DNA of 64,000 bases from Bugula neritina (Eukaryota; Animalia; Bryozoa): NCBI GenBank assembly GCA_964035545.1, contig OZ037768.1, positions 24,585,319 through 24,649,318 on the forward strand, read 5' to 3'. Positions 1 to 12,290 of this stretch are shown here, piece after piece. Under the pieces are notes generated by a model. The model did no database searches, had not been told where the DNA came from, and saw nothing but the letters and a program-made list of their open reading frames with translations. Made by a program: the position numbers and the translations under genes. Positions within the stretch are counted from its first letter, which is position 1. Every line of letters begins with the position of its first letter.

Positions 1-103
1 ATACTAACACCACACTAGTATACTAACACCACACTAGTATACTAACACCACACTAGTCTACTAACACCACACTAGTCTACTAACACCACACTAGTATACT
101 AAC
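1..103. repeat. 19-bp minisatellite (TATACTAACACCACACTAG)
   Basis: Direct tandem copies in a ZNF intron. Confidence 0.9.
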
Positions 104-2452
104 ATTTCACTCTGCAATGAGAAAGACTGACTCACATCATGTTTGGAGTGAGCTGCAACAGACTTGAAAGCTTTGGGACAGCCATTGCACTTGTAGTAAC
201 TCCTTTCACCCTCAAACCTCAGGTGGGAGGAGTTTAACTTGAGGTGAGTAAGTTGTTCCTCAGCCGAGTTAAATGTCTCACTGCAGCTGGGGCAGGTGTA
301 TTCTGACAGCTGAAATATGTGGTGCACAGCATGGCAAACAAGATCTCATAAGTCAGGATAATACACTAAAATAATATCATCTCATTAATAACAATATCCA
401 TAAAACAGGTAAACTGAAAGGCAAAGTTTAAAATTCCACACATCAACTGCTAGCACCTGCTAGCACCTGCCAGCACCTGTCAACACCTGCTAGCACCTGC
501 CAGCACCTGCCAGCACCTGCCAACACCTGCTAGCACCTGCCAACACCTGTGACACTAACATAGGACATACTTTGCTATAGTGAAAACAATGTAGCCTCAA
601 GTGCTTCAGAAAAACGGCCTTCTTGTACATCAACTGGCCACAGTCCGGACAGACGTACGGCTCGGTGAGCCCGTGAACTCTCATGTGAGCCTTGCGGGCA
701 CAGGGCGTCACCAGCTCCACCCGACACGGTATACACACTTCAGGTTGGAACTGCTCATTGGGTAGTGAGAAGTGAGTTTGCAGAGTCCATTCAGTCTCAA
801 ATGTTTCGGAACATTCCGTGCAGACGACTGACGAGTCAGCTTCATCTGAGTCGCACTCTTCTGCTCCGTTGATTATGATTGGCTTAACATCCTCCTGCAA
901 CACCCAGCACTTCCTGTAACTATACTGACATTACACTGACACTATACTGTCACTATACTGTCACTACACTGTCACTATACTGAGACTATACTGTCACTAC
1001 ATTGACACTATACTGTCACTATACTGACACTATACTGACACTATACTGACACTATACTGACACTATACTGACACTACACTGACACTACACTGACACTATA
1101 CTGTCGCTATACTGTCACTATGCTGACACTGACACACACCTGTTCAGTGCTGCCTCCCCTCTGCTTTACTTCAACATCACCGGATTTCTCTTCCCCATTT
1201 TTCTGGAACATTTGGTCAGCTGACAGAGTATCACTGCCGGCAGCATCTGTCAGCAGTGTGCCCTCAGAGAGCTCCTGTTTCACGTCACCATTCAGTTCCT
1301 CTGAGACGTGCTGACTGCAGGAAGTGGGGAGGGAAGGGAAGTCACTGGCGGGTTTGACGGGAGAACGAGGCAGGACCTGCAGACTGGTACGAGAGAGGGC
1401 AACATGGCCGCTCTTCTCTCGCGACATGCTGTGGTCACACTGCAGGTGCTGATACATCTGACACTTGTTGGTGAAGGTCACCTTAGTGTCACAGCACGGG
1501 CAGTCCAACGTCAGCTGATAGCTTTGTCGACTCAGGTGGTCAGTCAGGGAGAACTCAGATGGGTAGATGTCTTCACAACCAACACATTTATACTCTTTCT
1601 CTGTTCCCAGCTCCAACACAAACCTGTCATACGTATACTATAATATAGTATTATATGTATAATATAGTATTAATATAACATATTGTATATAGTATTATAT
1701 ATATAACATAATGTATATAGTATTATATATATAACATAATGTATATAGTATTATATATACAACATAATGTATATAGTATTATATATATATAACATAATGT
1801 TTATAGTATTATATATATACCACACAACTCACGTCTTTAGGCCGGCGTACGACAGCAGCTCTTTCTCTGCCGCTGCTAGATGGTCAGGTTTAGGCGTGCT
1901 GTCAATCTCCTCCTGCATCTTCTTCTTGTCTATTGCTATCACGTCTCTACACGGAATGACGACTGTAACAGCAAACACTTCAGTATCAAGTAACATATGA
2001 TTGGCTATTAGTCATTAGATATGCTACTAAACCATACAACACACGGTCCAGTTCACACAAGAGAGAGATGTAAGCTCACCAGGTTTTGGTTTGATTGGTT
2101 TGAGTGCCGTCACAGGTTGGACAGACTTGGGGAAAGACTTGACTTCTTGAGTAGACTTGGGCAGCAGCAATTTGCCATCATGTGACTTTGAGGAGTTGGA
2201 GGTGAAGGTCACTCGGAGATTGGAGGAGCCATCTTCCCGCCCTCTGTTCTGGAACACGGCTTGTTTGAACGCTCGGTTGAAAGCCGGTTTCTTATTGGCT
2301 GGTTTGGGAGAGCCAGATGGACGGTGGGACGTAGAGGTTTGGGGTAGAATAATGGGATGGCCGTTGGTTGGCTGAGGTATGACAATCTTGACAAGGTTTG
2401 AGTCCATACTCTCACTCATTTCAGTTACCACAATCCTTCTAGCATCTTCCAT
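1..2452 (-). CDS. ZNF532/ZNF592/ZNF687-family C2H2 zinc-finger protein, multi-exon, 3' part outside the window
   Basis: Exons ~2080-2452, 1833-1962, 1140-1623, ~570-913, ~136-345 with GT-AG boundaries. Family-typical motifs CPCCDTKVTFTNKC..H, PCARKAHMRVH..EPYVCPDCG and HLRLHCFHYSK. The start ATG at 2452 is inferred. Confidence 0.8.
447..550. repeat. 10-bp tandem repeat (GCACCTGCYA)
   Basis: Tandem copies in a ZNF intron. Confidence 0.9.
919..1130. repeat. 10-bp tandem repeat (ACTATACTGWC-like)
   Basis: Fills a ZNF intron. Confidence 0.85.
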
Positions 2453-4677
2453 AGGCAGTCATCTAACCGGCCTACCTGATGCTGTACAATATCCACTGAG
2501 TGAACTACAGGAAGTACATAATGTAGTCTAATGCATTTCCTATACTGTTCGTCACATAATCATCATTATGTTGTGTAGCATGCCAAGTATACCAGTGAAA
2601 CAGCTACTAAACACTTCTAGACTAGAAAACTTGCCTTGTATTTATCAGACTTTGCTCAACAAAATCTCCACCAACAATTATCATATTCTTTCGAATTGAT
2701 ACAAGCCTAATGTTGCTAGAAACTAAGCTAATCTCACAAGCTTAAAAATTGTAATATTTCTAGAAATTGTCCCGATGTTTTATAGACTACCTACTTATTT
2801 TGTATTTAGTATGTACAATGTACAGAGTACACAGGGTTTCTTGTGCTAACACAGCAAGTTTGAGGGCAATTGGTAAGACCTCTCAAAAAAGACAATGTAC
2901 GAGTTGCGTAGTCTTTATAGCATATGCTTTAACAAGACTTTGTAGAATTTCATTTCTGTGCAGTAATACTTGACTTATTCAAAGTGACGCAACTTTAGAG
3001 AAAGAGCATGAAAATACTTGAACAGATTAAGGAAAAAACATCCACTGCCATTTACAGATGCTGTCAAAAAAGGCAAGCTTGTACCTAATAAATCCATATG
3101 CCAAAAAGAGAAAACCTAAAGTAGTATTGCCCATGCATTGATTACAAACTAGTACTGCCTAATTTTAGACATTTTGCGGAATAACATGTTGTGAATGAAA
3201 TCTTACATCCAACACATCACTTGGAGTAGTGAAATTTAATCATAATAATTACATGAACTGAACAGAGTGCACATTAGTAAACTAGTAAGACCATTCGGTT
3301 GATGTTTACTCACACATAGTAGGTATTGGCGTATTAGATTTCATGGCATGAATTTCATTAAAAAACAACAAAAATCGAGAATAGTTATAATATTATTGTT
3401 AGACAATCTGGTAGCAATATTATTATTAATATTATCAATAATATTTGTTATACTTATAGCCATAGAAACTACAGAAAACTCTTGAGTAATCGCACTAAGA
3501 TTACTAAGTCAATTGACCATCATAGTTATTATCACTATGTAATACTTATAGTTATAACAACAGTAAGTCAAAGTGTGATACTCAAAGATGAAAATAGTGA
3601 CACTGAATGCGATACTGATTCTTACAACCACAATCAGTCATAGTGTAATACTAATAGCTGACTCAAAGTTTGTACAGTTGTAGTCAAACAAAGTCTAAAT
3701 ATATATCAATTATTTCAAATTTTATGTTCTAATACTGATAATAATTAAAAATCAAAATGCAACACAGCAAGATCAAGATCAAATCCCAAAATTTAAATAA
3801 CTGTAAGACTAAAAGGATGATCATTATAATAATAATTATTATAACAAATTAGATATAACAAATCAAGATGGAGCTGACAGCGACACTAAGTCTAACTTTC
3901 AAGTTTCATCCTTGCCATTGGCTTTGAGAATCTAAGGAACAAAATCAGAATGACTTACTTAGTCTTATAATTTATTAAATTCACTTACTACTAACTAATA
4001 GTAATATTTATACTAATACTAATAGTAGGCCTAATAGTAATTCTATTACCAATATAAATGATAATAATTTATTACTTTATCATTATCATTTTGAATCTCA
4101 ATCTGACATTGATAATTGACTAGAGTATGAGTATCATTGACAATTGTGAGAAAATCCATATAAACATATAAATCACTATCAGTATGAGTATGAGTATCAA
4201 TATGAATATGGCAATGAGTATGACAATCACAATCACAATGATTATGATATTGATAGTCATAGTGTGCCCTCGCCTCAGCAGTAACTTTATAACTACGACT
4301 ACTACTAGTAGTAGTACTAGAGTTACAGTAGTACTACTACTACTACTTGTCTACTAGTACTACTACTAGTACTTGGATATTTATTTAGAATGAAATTTCC
4401 ACAAAATTAGTGAATATTCCCAATACAAACTCCAAGTATCATTATTTCAACTTCAAGCATAACTGTATCGTGTATGACTAGAAATACAAGTATAAACATA
4501 CAGGTTGTTTACTGCCAGCAGCAAAATAGCATGTTCATGTAGCTACTCAGTTGAAAGTTACCATATAAATGAGTAGAAAATTACAGGGGGAAACAACTTC
4601 AATTAGAACACCTCTCACTAGTAATCGGACTCCAGATTCAAAGACCGTTCACCAAGGTCAATGTCAGCCAAATAAAG

Positions 4678-7600
4678 ATGGCGAATCCTGACCCTTTATA
4701 TTTGGCGTTACTCGGAACAGCTGAAAGTTTTCGAACTTCAAATCCTCCAAATATAAAATTGTGTGTTCAATGTTTACAAGGGGTGTTAAACTGTAAGCCA
4801 CCGCCTCGGATTGAGGCTAGAACTCACTTACAAATCGGTACTATAGTGCTGCACTTCGCAAAGAATACTGATGCTGCTCTCCAACACTTAGAAAAAGCTG
4901 TAAGTTAATGTTATTGTTACACTTTGAGTACCTACGGCTACTGAATTACATACTGATATTCGTAGTGCATTAGACTTATTACTTGTTCTTAGACTTTTTT
5001 ATATAAAACCTTCGTAGCCAGTTTTATGAAAATAATCAATGGTAATACTAATAGTAATAGTAAAACGTCTAGTAAATTTAAAATTACTACTCAATTTAAT
5101 TTTGATTTTCGATTTCATCATTTCATGATCATAACGACAATTATAATTGTAATTTGCACAATTGCTCCAAGTTCATCATCATCATGATTAAAGTTAAAGT
5201 TATTACAGTGACTTGAAACAAAAAATTGAAGACCGTCGCTTTAACTTCAAGTTTAATTTTAAGCTTGGCCTGCTTTGAAATATGAATATCAATCTGAAAC
5301 TCTGTTGTAGTTTTTTTCATCTTTGTACCATGTAATTGAAAGATCGATTGTATGCCTTAGGCTTGACTTGCTGTATGCTCTAACAGTACCTGGTCACCAA
5401 TAACTAAGTTTAAATAAGTACTAAGTAACTGTACAGCTGTTGTATTTTGCTATGGTTATGAGAACCACTGTTGCTCCTTTTTGGTTAATAGTACCACTGT
5501 TGCTTATCATTATTATGCTAAGCCTAATGTTAGTAAGATAAGAAATGTAATGATTGTAAAAAACAGGTTTTAGTGTAAAGGGAATTCAATTAAATTAGCA
5601 TTTATATATCATCATTTAGTCTCCTATGCTTGTTCTCGGTTGCTCAGTCATCTCCAGTTGATTAAACATTATAGTATTATATTTTACAATAGTTTTAATA
5701 TTTTCCAAATATCTGGATAGTTATAATCATACTCACAGCTAAGCAACTGTTCACTCTTTCAGTGGACTCTCGCCTACCCAGACCCTTCCCTAGACGACGT
5801 TAAGTTTGAGTCTACCTCAATTCTGGCAGACACAATGGCGAAACAGGCAAGTGTTGCTCTTTGTAGAACATCCTGAATTTGCTGGCAACTGTAGCTTAGT
5901 TGTTACTATAAACTGTCCGTCTCAATGTTATAAACTGTTCTTGTAGGGTAACTACGCCAATGCAGTCGGATATTTACAAAGAGGCTTACAAGTCTCCCAA
6001 CAGTCACACTATTGGCATTGTCGGCTCATGTTTCAACTAGCTGTAAGTTTGATAGAAGTTGTGTCCTCATGCTGAGTAGTACAGAGTAATGCTGAGTAGT
6101 ACAGAGTAATGCTGAGTAGTACAGAGTAATGCTGAGTAGTACTGAGTAACACTAAGTATTGTATTTATGGTAGCAAATACTGGTGAGTCAGGGAGATTTG
6201 GCCTCAGCCAATCATCTGCTAGACAAGGGCTGCGCTGTCAGCAGAAGTATCCAGTCACCTCACACAGAACTTCTCTTCCTCCTGTCCAAGGGCATGGTGA
6301 GTCACTCTTTGAATGACTCACTCTTGATATGACTCACTCACTCAATCTCTCTATGACTCACTCTCTGTATGACTCACTCTCTGTATGAGTCACTCTCTGT
6401 ATGACCCACTTTCTGTATGAGTCACTCTCTGTATGACTCACTCTCTGTATGAGTCACTCTCTGTATAACTTGCTCTCTGTATGAGTCACTCTCTGTATGA
6501 GTCACTCTCTGTATGACCCACTTTCTGTATGAGTCACTCTCTGTATGACTTACTCTCTGTATAACTTGCTCTCTGTATGAGTCACTCTCTGTATGAGTCA
6601 CTCTCTGTATGACTCACTCTCTGTATGAGTCACTCTCTGTATAACTTGCTCTCTGTATGAGTCACTCTCTGTATAACTCACTCTCTGTATGACTCACTCT
6701 CTGTATGACTTACTCTCTGTATGAGTCACTCTCTGTATGAGTCACTCTCTGTATGACTTACTCTCTGTATGACTCACTCTCTGTATGACTCACTCTCTGT
6801 ATGACTTACTCTCTGTATAACTTGCTCTCTGTATGAGTCACTCCCTGTATGACTCACTGTTTAGCACATGATACAGGTATCACTATTGCAAAGCAACACA
6901 CACGAGACAGCTACAGTGATGTCTGCATGTGGTCGGATGATCACCGAGTATAGCGGAAGTGTAGAGAGCAAAGGTATGCTCAAAGCATTTTTCCTCACTC
7001 TGCAAGTAACACACTACCTCTCCTGTGGCATGGTCAAGAGCGTTAAGTCGTTACTACGGCAACTGCAGGAATGTATACAGACATTGACAACTCAGGAAGG
7101 TAGGAGTATTATTATGTCTCTCATATGCTGACACTTGCCACTTACCTGCTGAAACCTGCCACTCACCTGCTGACACCTGTCACTCACTTTTCTACTGTGT
7201 TTCATATTAGAAGCCCTATTTTCTTAGTAGAAATTGTAGAGTATTTGGACTGCAGATATTTATCTGCAGATATACTCTGAGTTGCAGATATACTCTGTAT
7301 TGCAGATATACTCTGTATTGCAGACAACTCGCTAGTGTACAACCCCACTGGACAGTGTAATGAAGTGTTCCAGTGGATGCCGAAGGAGCACATGTGTATA
7401 CTAGTCTACTTGGTGAGCGTGTACCACGCGCTACAAGCCGGCCAACTCGCTAAAGCCCAAACCTACTCAGAGAAGGCCCTAGCCCAGATTCACAGTCTCA
7501 AAAGTTAGTCCTGCTAGTAGATAAGTTGTCCCCCTTGTGTTCTTTTCCTCTCACCAAGGGGAGCATTCAGTGGTGTTATGAGTGTGCATAGAGCCAGTTA

Positions 7601-8657
7601 TTCTATAGCACCATTCAGTAATATGTTACTAATGTATCGGTAGTATGTTAGTAATATATCAGTAATATATTAGTATTATATTAGTAATATATTAGTAATA
7701 TATTAGTAATATATTGGCAATATATTAGTATTATATTAGTAATATATTAGTATTATATTAGTATTATATTGGTAATATATTAGTAATATATTAGTAATGT
7801 ATCGGTAATATATTAGTAATGTATCGGTAATATATTAGTAATATATTACTAATATATTTATAATATAGTAATGTGTTTGTAGCGTTAGACGATTCATCTC
7901 TGCTCACCAGTTTTCAGGTGATACTCCTAGAGAACATAGTCATGTGTCACATCAGCACTGGCAACAAAGTAGCAGCTGTTCAGCAGATCTCCCACCTCAA
8001 GTTCATCTGTCTCCAGGACTCCAGACTATATCACTGTCACAGGTCCCAGCTACACACTCTCCTGGTGAGTCTCTCTCCCCCCCTCTCCCCCCCTCTCTCT
8101 CCTCCCTTTGAGAAAGGGGGGTAAGCTGTAGGTCCCACTGCGCGGCTATATTTAACCATTTCCTAAGGCTTTGTTTACTAGACTCTCAGTCTAACATTGA
8201 ATTTACTCATACATTAACCTGCCTTATTAATCTATCTTAAAACAGTTTCATGATGATAGTTGTGTATTATTTCAGAATTGTCTTTTCATTTCTTTACACT
8301 TGTTCATGGAGCAACTCCAAATATTTCCTTTATTCTCAATACATAAAACTGTTTGGGAAATGGACTGGATATTATCACAATAAATGAGAATGTCATTTCA
8401 TTGGTTGACTGCTATTTGATTACCTGAGGTGTTGGCCCCATGAATGTGTAACGAGAGACAGTATGGCTTCCGTGTAGTATTACATACAATCATGTCTTCT
8501 ATTCTAGTTGTACTGAACACAGTATCTGTGTAACCTCAGGGCGATATTCTTATCTCTACTTGATAACTGGCTGAACTCTTATAACTACTACTTCTACTAC
8601 TACTGCTACTACTACTGCTACTACCACTACTACTACTACTACTAGTACTACTACTAG

Positions 8658-8704
<47 letters not shown>

Positions 8705-8906
8705 GTACTACTACTAGTACTACTACTACTACTACCACTACTACTGCTACTACTACTACTACTACTACTTCTACTACTACTTCTACTACTTCTACCACTA
8801 CTAGTACTACTACTAGTACTACTACTACTACTACTGCTACTGCTACTACTACTACTACTACTACTGCTACTACTACTACTACTACTACTGCTACTACTAC
8901 TACTAG

Positions 8907-8955
<49 letters not shown>

Positions 8956-9031
8956 GCTACTACTACTACTGCTACTACTGCTACTACTACTACTACTTCT
9001 ACTACTACTTCTACTACTACTACTGCTACTG

Positions 9032-9108
<77 letters not shown>

Positions 9109-12108
9109 GCTACTACTACTACTACTACTACTACTACTATTGCTGCTGCTATTGTCACACACTGTTTCAGGGTCTATACTCTATGGCGATGAACAGTATG
9201 GAACACGCAATATCTCAGTTCCAGACGGCCCTCAGCTCATGCACAGACACCCACTTCTGGACATTCATCAGTCTCAACCTCGGCATCGTCTACGCCAGGA
9301 CAAACAAACATGCCGAGTTTATGCAGCTTTCAGAACACATACACCCGCACCGCGTGCCCCAAGAGTGAGTGTTGCTCTGCCTCCATTACATCATCTCACT
9401 CTGCCTCCATTACATCATCTCACTCTGCCTCCATTACATCATCTCACTCTGCCTCCATTACATCATCTCACTCTGCCTCCATTACATCATATCACTCTGC
9501 CTCCATTACATCATCTCACTCTGCCTCCATTACATCATCTCACTCTGCCTCCATTACATCATCTCACTCTGCCTCCATTACATCATCTCACTCTGCCTCC
9601 ATTACATCACCTCACTCTAGACTTATAATTTATTAAACATTGAGGTTGGTTCAGCATATTAATATCTCCGCATTATTTCAACAGTTGGTATATTGTCTCG
9701 CCACCCTGGTGCTAGTAGAATATTGGACTAACTGTCACTCATAATCTTTTGAAACCTGCTGAACCATGTCATCCTTGTTTGTCATTCTCAACAGGTGCTT
9801 GCCTGACTACTGAACCGTAACATCTTCATGTGTCACATTTACCTGCCAAGGCCTCACCCCCTCTGGTGTGTCGCCAATAGTTGTGTCTAGTTTGTCCTTT
9901 CTCTATACTTTACATTCTATACTCTATATACTCTACTCTCTGTGTTATTACAGGTCCTACAGTCTGAAGGCGGCGGCAGCGTATGTCAATGCATTGCAGC
10001 GCTTTTTCCAGGCCCAGTATGCTGACGCCAAGTGAGTTGTACTGCTTTCCACTCTTAACCATCCTGAAAATTAAAATTAAAATTGAATACATTTTCATCA
10101 AGGAAATTTTTAAGTGACATTTTCAAAGTAGAAGTTTTTGTAATCATTTTGTAAGTGGTAGTCTTGAAACAGTTGCTTTTCTCACTTCAATTTATTTGCT
10201 GCTAAAGTGTCCAGGGTCTTCTGGGAATAGTTTGTGGAACATGTTTGAGCTACCGGCTCTCAGATGTTTGAGTTGCCCTTCAAGTTGGTAGAACATTAAT
10301 GGGTGAATAGAAGGGAATTAGTCACAGGGATTTCGCAATGTCCTGTTTCGAGTTACTGGCTGAATTAATGAGTTGTTGTGCGTGTGTCATGTAGCCGCAC
10401 ACTTCACTGTGTGACACACTTAATCCATCAAAGTGTTGATGTGGTTTAATACTGCCTCTGCTGTTAGTAACCAGAAGTAGTGTTCAAGGGTTATAAATTG
10501 TATAAGTCATGAGTTACCAGTCAATAGTAATCAGTCACGAGTCATGAGTTACCAGTCAATGGTAATCAGTCACGAGTCATGAGTTACCAGTCAATAGTAA
10601 TCAGTCACGAGTTATGAGTTACCAGTCAATAGTAATCAGTCACTAGTTATGAGTTACCAGTCACTAGCCACTAGTTATGAGTCACTGTTTATGTTCACAG
10701 GCTGTTCCTCCAAGAGTCCCTGAAGCTGGCCAACACGGAAGACCTGCACAAGCTGACGTCGTGTGGCCTGGTGCTGCTCGGGCAGATCTTCCTGCAACTG
10801 CAGAGGACGAGTGAGGTGATGGACATGGTCAGTCCCGCCCTCCAGTTGGCGCAGAAGATTCCGGAAGTTAACATCCAGCTGTGGGGCTCTGCTCTGCTTA
10901 GAGGTCTTGTCATATAGTAGCATGATACAGTGTAATATAGTAATATAATACAGTGTAATATAGTAATATAATACAGTGTAATATAGTAATATAATACAGT
11001 GTAATATAGTAATATAATACAGTGTAATATAGTAATATAATGCAGTGTAATATAGTAATATAATACAGTGTAATATAGTAATATAATACAGTGTAATATA
11101 GTAATATTGTACACGATAATATAGTAATATAATGCAGTGTAATATAGTAATATAATACAATGTAATATAGTAATATAATACAGTGTAATATAGTAATATA
11201 ATGTCTTGCATTGAACAGATCTGTACAGACTGTTTGGTAACTTTGCCGGAGAAGCCCAGGAGTCCCATGCACACCAGTCTCTCACTCACTCTCTTCTCAC
11301 TAATCACTGTCAGGCTTTGGAGTTGCCCGAACATTCCCTCATTTCGGTGAGCAACTTACAATATTCGGTATTATGATATTGTATATACCTGAGTAGACTA
11401 TTGTATATACCTGAGTAAACTACTGTATATACCTGAGTATACTATTGTATATACCTGAGTAAAGTACTGTATATACCTGAGTATACTACTGTATATACCT
11501 GAGTATACTACTGTATATACCCGAGTAAAGTACTGTATATACCCGAGTAAAGTACTGTATATACCCGAGTAAACTACTGTATATACCCGAGTAAAGTACT
11601 GTATATACCTAAGTAGACTACTGTATATACCTGAGTAAACTACTGTATATACCTGAGTAAACTACTGTATATACCTGAGTAAAGTACTGTATATACCTGA
11701 GTATACTACTGTATATACCCGAGTAAAGTACTGTATATACCTGAGTATACTACTGTATATACCCGAGTATACTACTGTATATACCCGAGTAAAGTACTGT
11801 ATATACACGAGTAAACTACTGTATATACCTGAGTAAACTACTGTATATACCTGAGTAAAGTGCTGTATATACCTGAGTATACTACTGTATATACCTGAGT
11901 AAAGTGCTGTATATACCCGAGTAAAGTACTGTATATACCCGAGTAAAGTACTGTATATATCTGAGTTCATCCCACTAACTTGTAGTGGCTGGGAGAGATG
12001 AGTCAAGGGGTAGAATACACCAATCAGCACCATAATGTCCAAAATGGCATAACGTCAGCAGCAGTGCCTGGAACAAGCGGCAGCCATTCCTCGCATCACC
12101 TCACCTGA
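4678..12108 (+). CDS. MAU2: MAU2/Scc4 cohesin loader subunit
   Basis: Exons 4678-4899, 5763-5846, 5947-6042, 6174-6296, 6877-7099, 7324-7503, 7883-8064, 9171-9364, 9954-10031, 10701-10903, 11219-11346, 11986-12108 splice in frame. Conserved motifs LYLALLGTAESFRTSNPPNIKLCVQCL, EARTHLQIG, YWHCRLMFQLA, FQWMPKEHMCILVYLV and IQLWGSALLRDL. Confidence 0.95.
6300..6860. repeat. 16-bp minisatellite (TGASTCACTCTCTGTA)
   Basis: Tandem array starting at the MAU2 donor GTGAGTCACTCT, which it resembles. Confidence 0.9.
8143..8573 (+). other. candidate multi-branched structured RNA element in MAU2 intron 8065-9170
   Basis: Nested complementary segments found by eye: 8143-48/8568-73, 8156-66/8353-63, 8164-69/8221-26, 8179-84/8188-93, 8240-52/8342-54, 8372-77/8561-66, 8386-94/8543-51, 8423-30/8533-40. 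Confidence 0.55.
8583..9140. repeat. (ACT)n microsatellite
   Basis: Long trinucleotide tract just before the MAU2 acceptor at 9170; source of the poly-S and poly-V ORFs. Confidence 0.97.
9376..9618. repeat. 21-bp minisatellite (CTCTGCCTCCATTACATCATCTCA-like)
   Basis: Tandem array directly after a MAU2 donor. The unit length is approximate (21-24 bp). Confidence 0.85.
9620..10508 (+). promoter_or_regulatory. candidate long-range pre-mRNA structure enclosing MAU2 exon 9954-10031, with alternative splice sites
   Basis: Closing helix 9620-33/10493-508 and nested helices including pairing to the 5' splice site (9853-57/10032-36). Alternative acceptor CAG at 9794 and alternative donor GTAAGT at 10151. 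Confidence 0.6.
10505..10686. repeat. 35-bp minisatellite
   Basis: Tandem copies of GAGTTACCAGTCAATAGTAATCAGTCACGAGTCAT. Confidence 0.9.
10925..11200. repeat. 23-bp minisatellite
   Basis: Tandem copies of ACAGTGTAATATAGTAATATAAT in a MAU2 intron. Confidence 0.9.
11380..11965. repeat. ~21-22-bp minisatellite
   Basis: Tandem copies of TACTGTATATACCTGAGTAAAG-like units in the last MAU2 intron. Confidence 0.9.
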
Positions 12109-12290
12109 GTACACATCACCTCACCTGAGTATACGTCACCTCACCTGAGTACACATCACCTCACCTGAGTACATGTCACCTTACCTGAGTATACATCACC
12201 TCACCTGAGTACACGTCACCTTACCTGAGTATACGTTACCTCACCTGAGTATACATCACCTAACCTGAGTACACATTACCTTACCTGAGC
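12095..12290. repeat. 20-bp minisatellite derived from the MAU2 stop-codon region
   Basis: CATCACCTCACCTGAGTACA units; the first copy contains the TGA stop at 12106-12108. Confidence 0.9.

Noticed and set aside
1-103. TACTAAC branchpoint array
   Set aside because: The motif is on the strand opposite the host gene's transcript.
8536-9162. Poly-Ser/poly-Val ORFs (also poly-Leu/Val at 51314-51796 and 59680-59871)
   Set aside because: These are translations of intronic (ACT)n microsatellites.
8143-10508. Telomerase RNA, RNase P/MRP, snRNA or snoRNA identity for the MAU2 intronic structures
   Set aside because: No CCCUAA template, P4 consensus, Sm site or correctly spaced C/D or H/ACA boxes could be supported.
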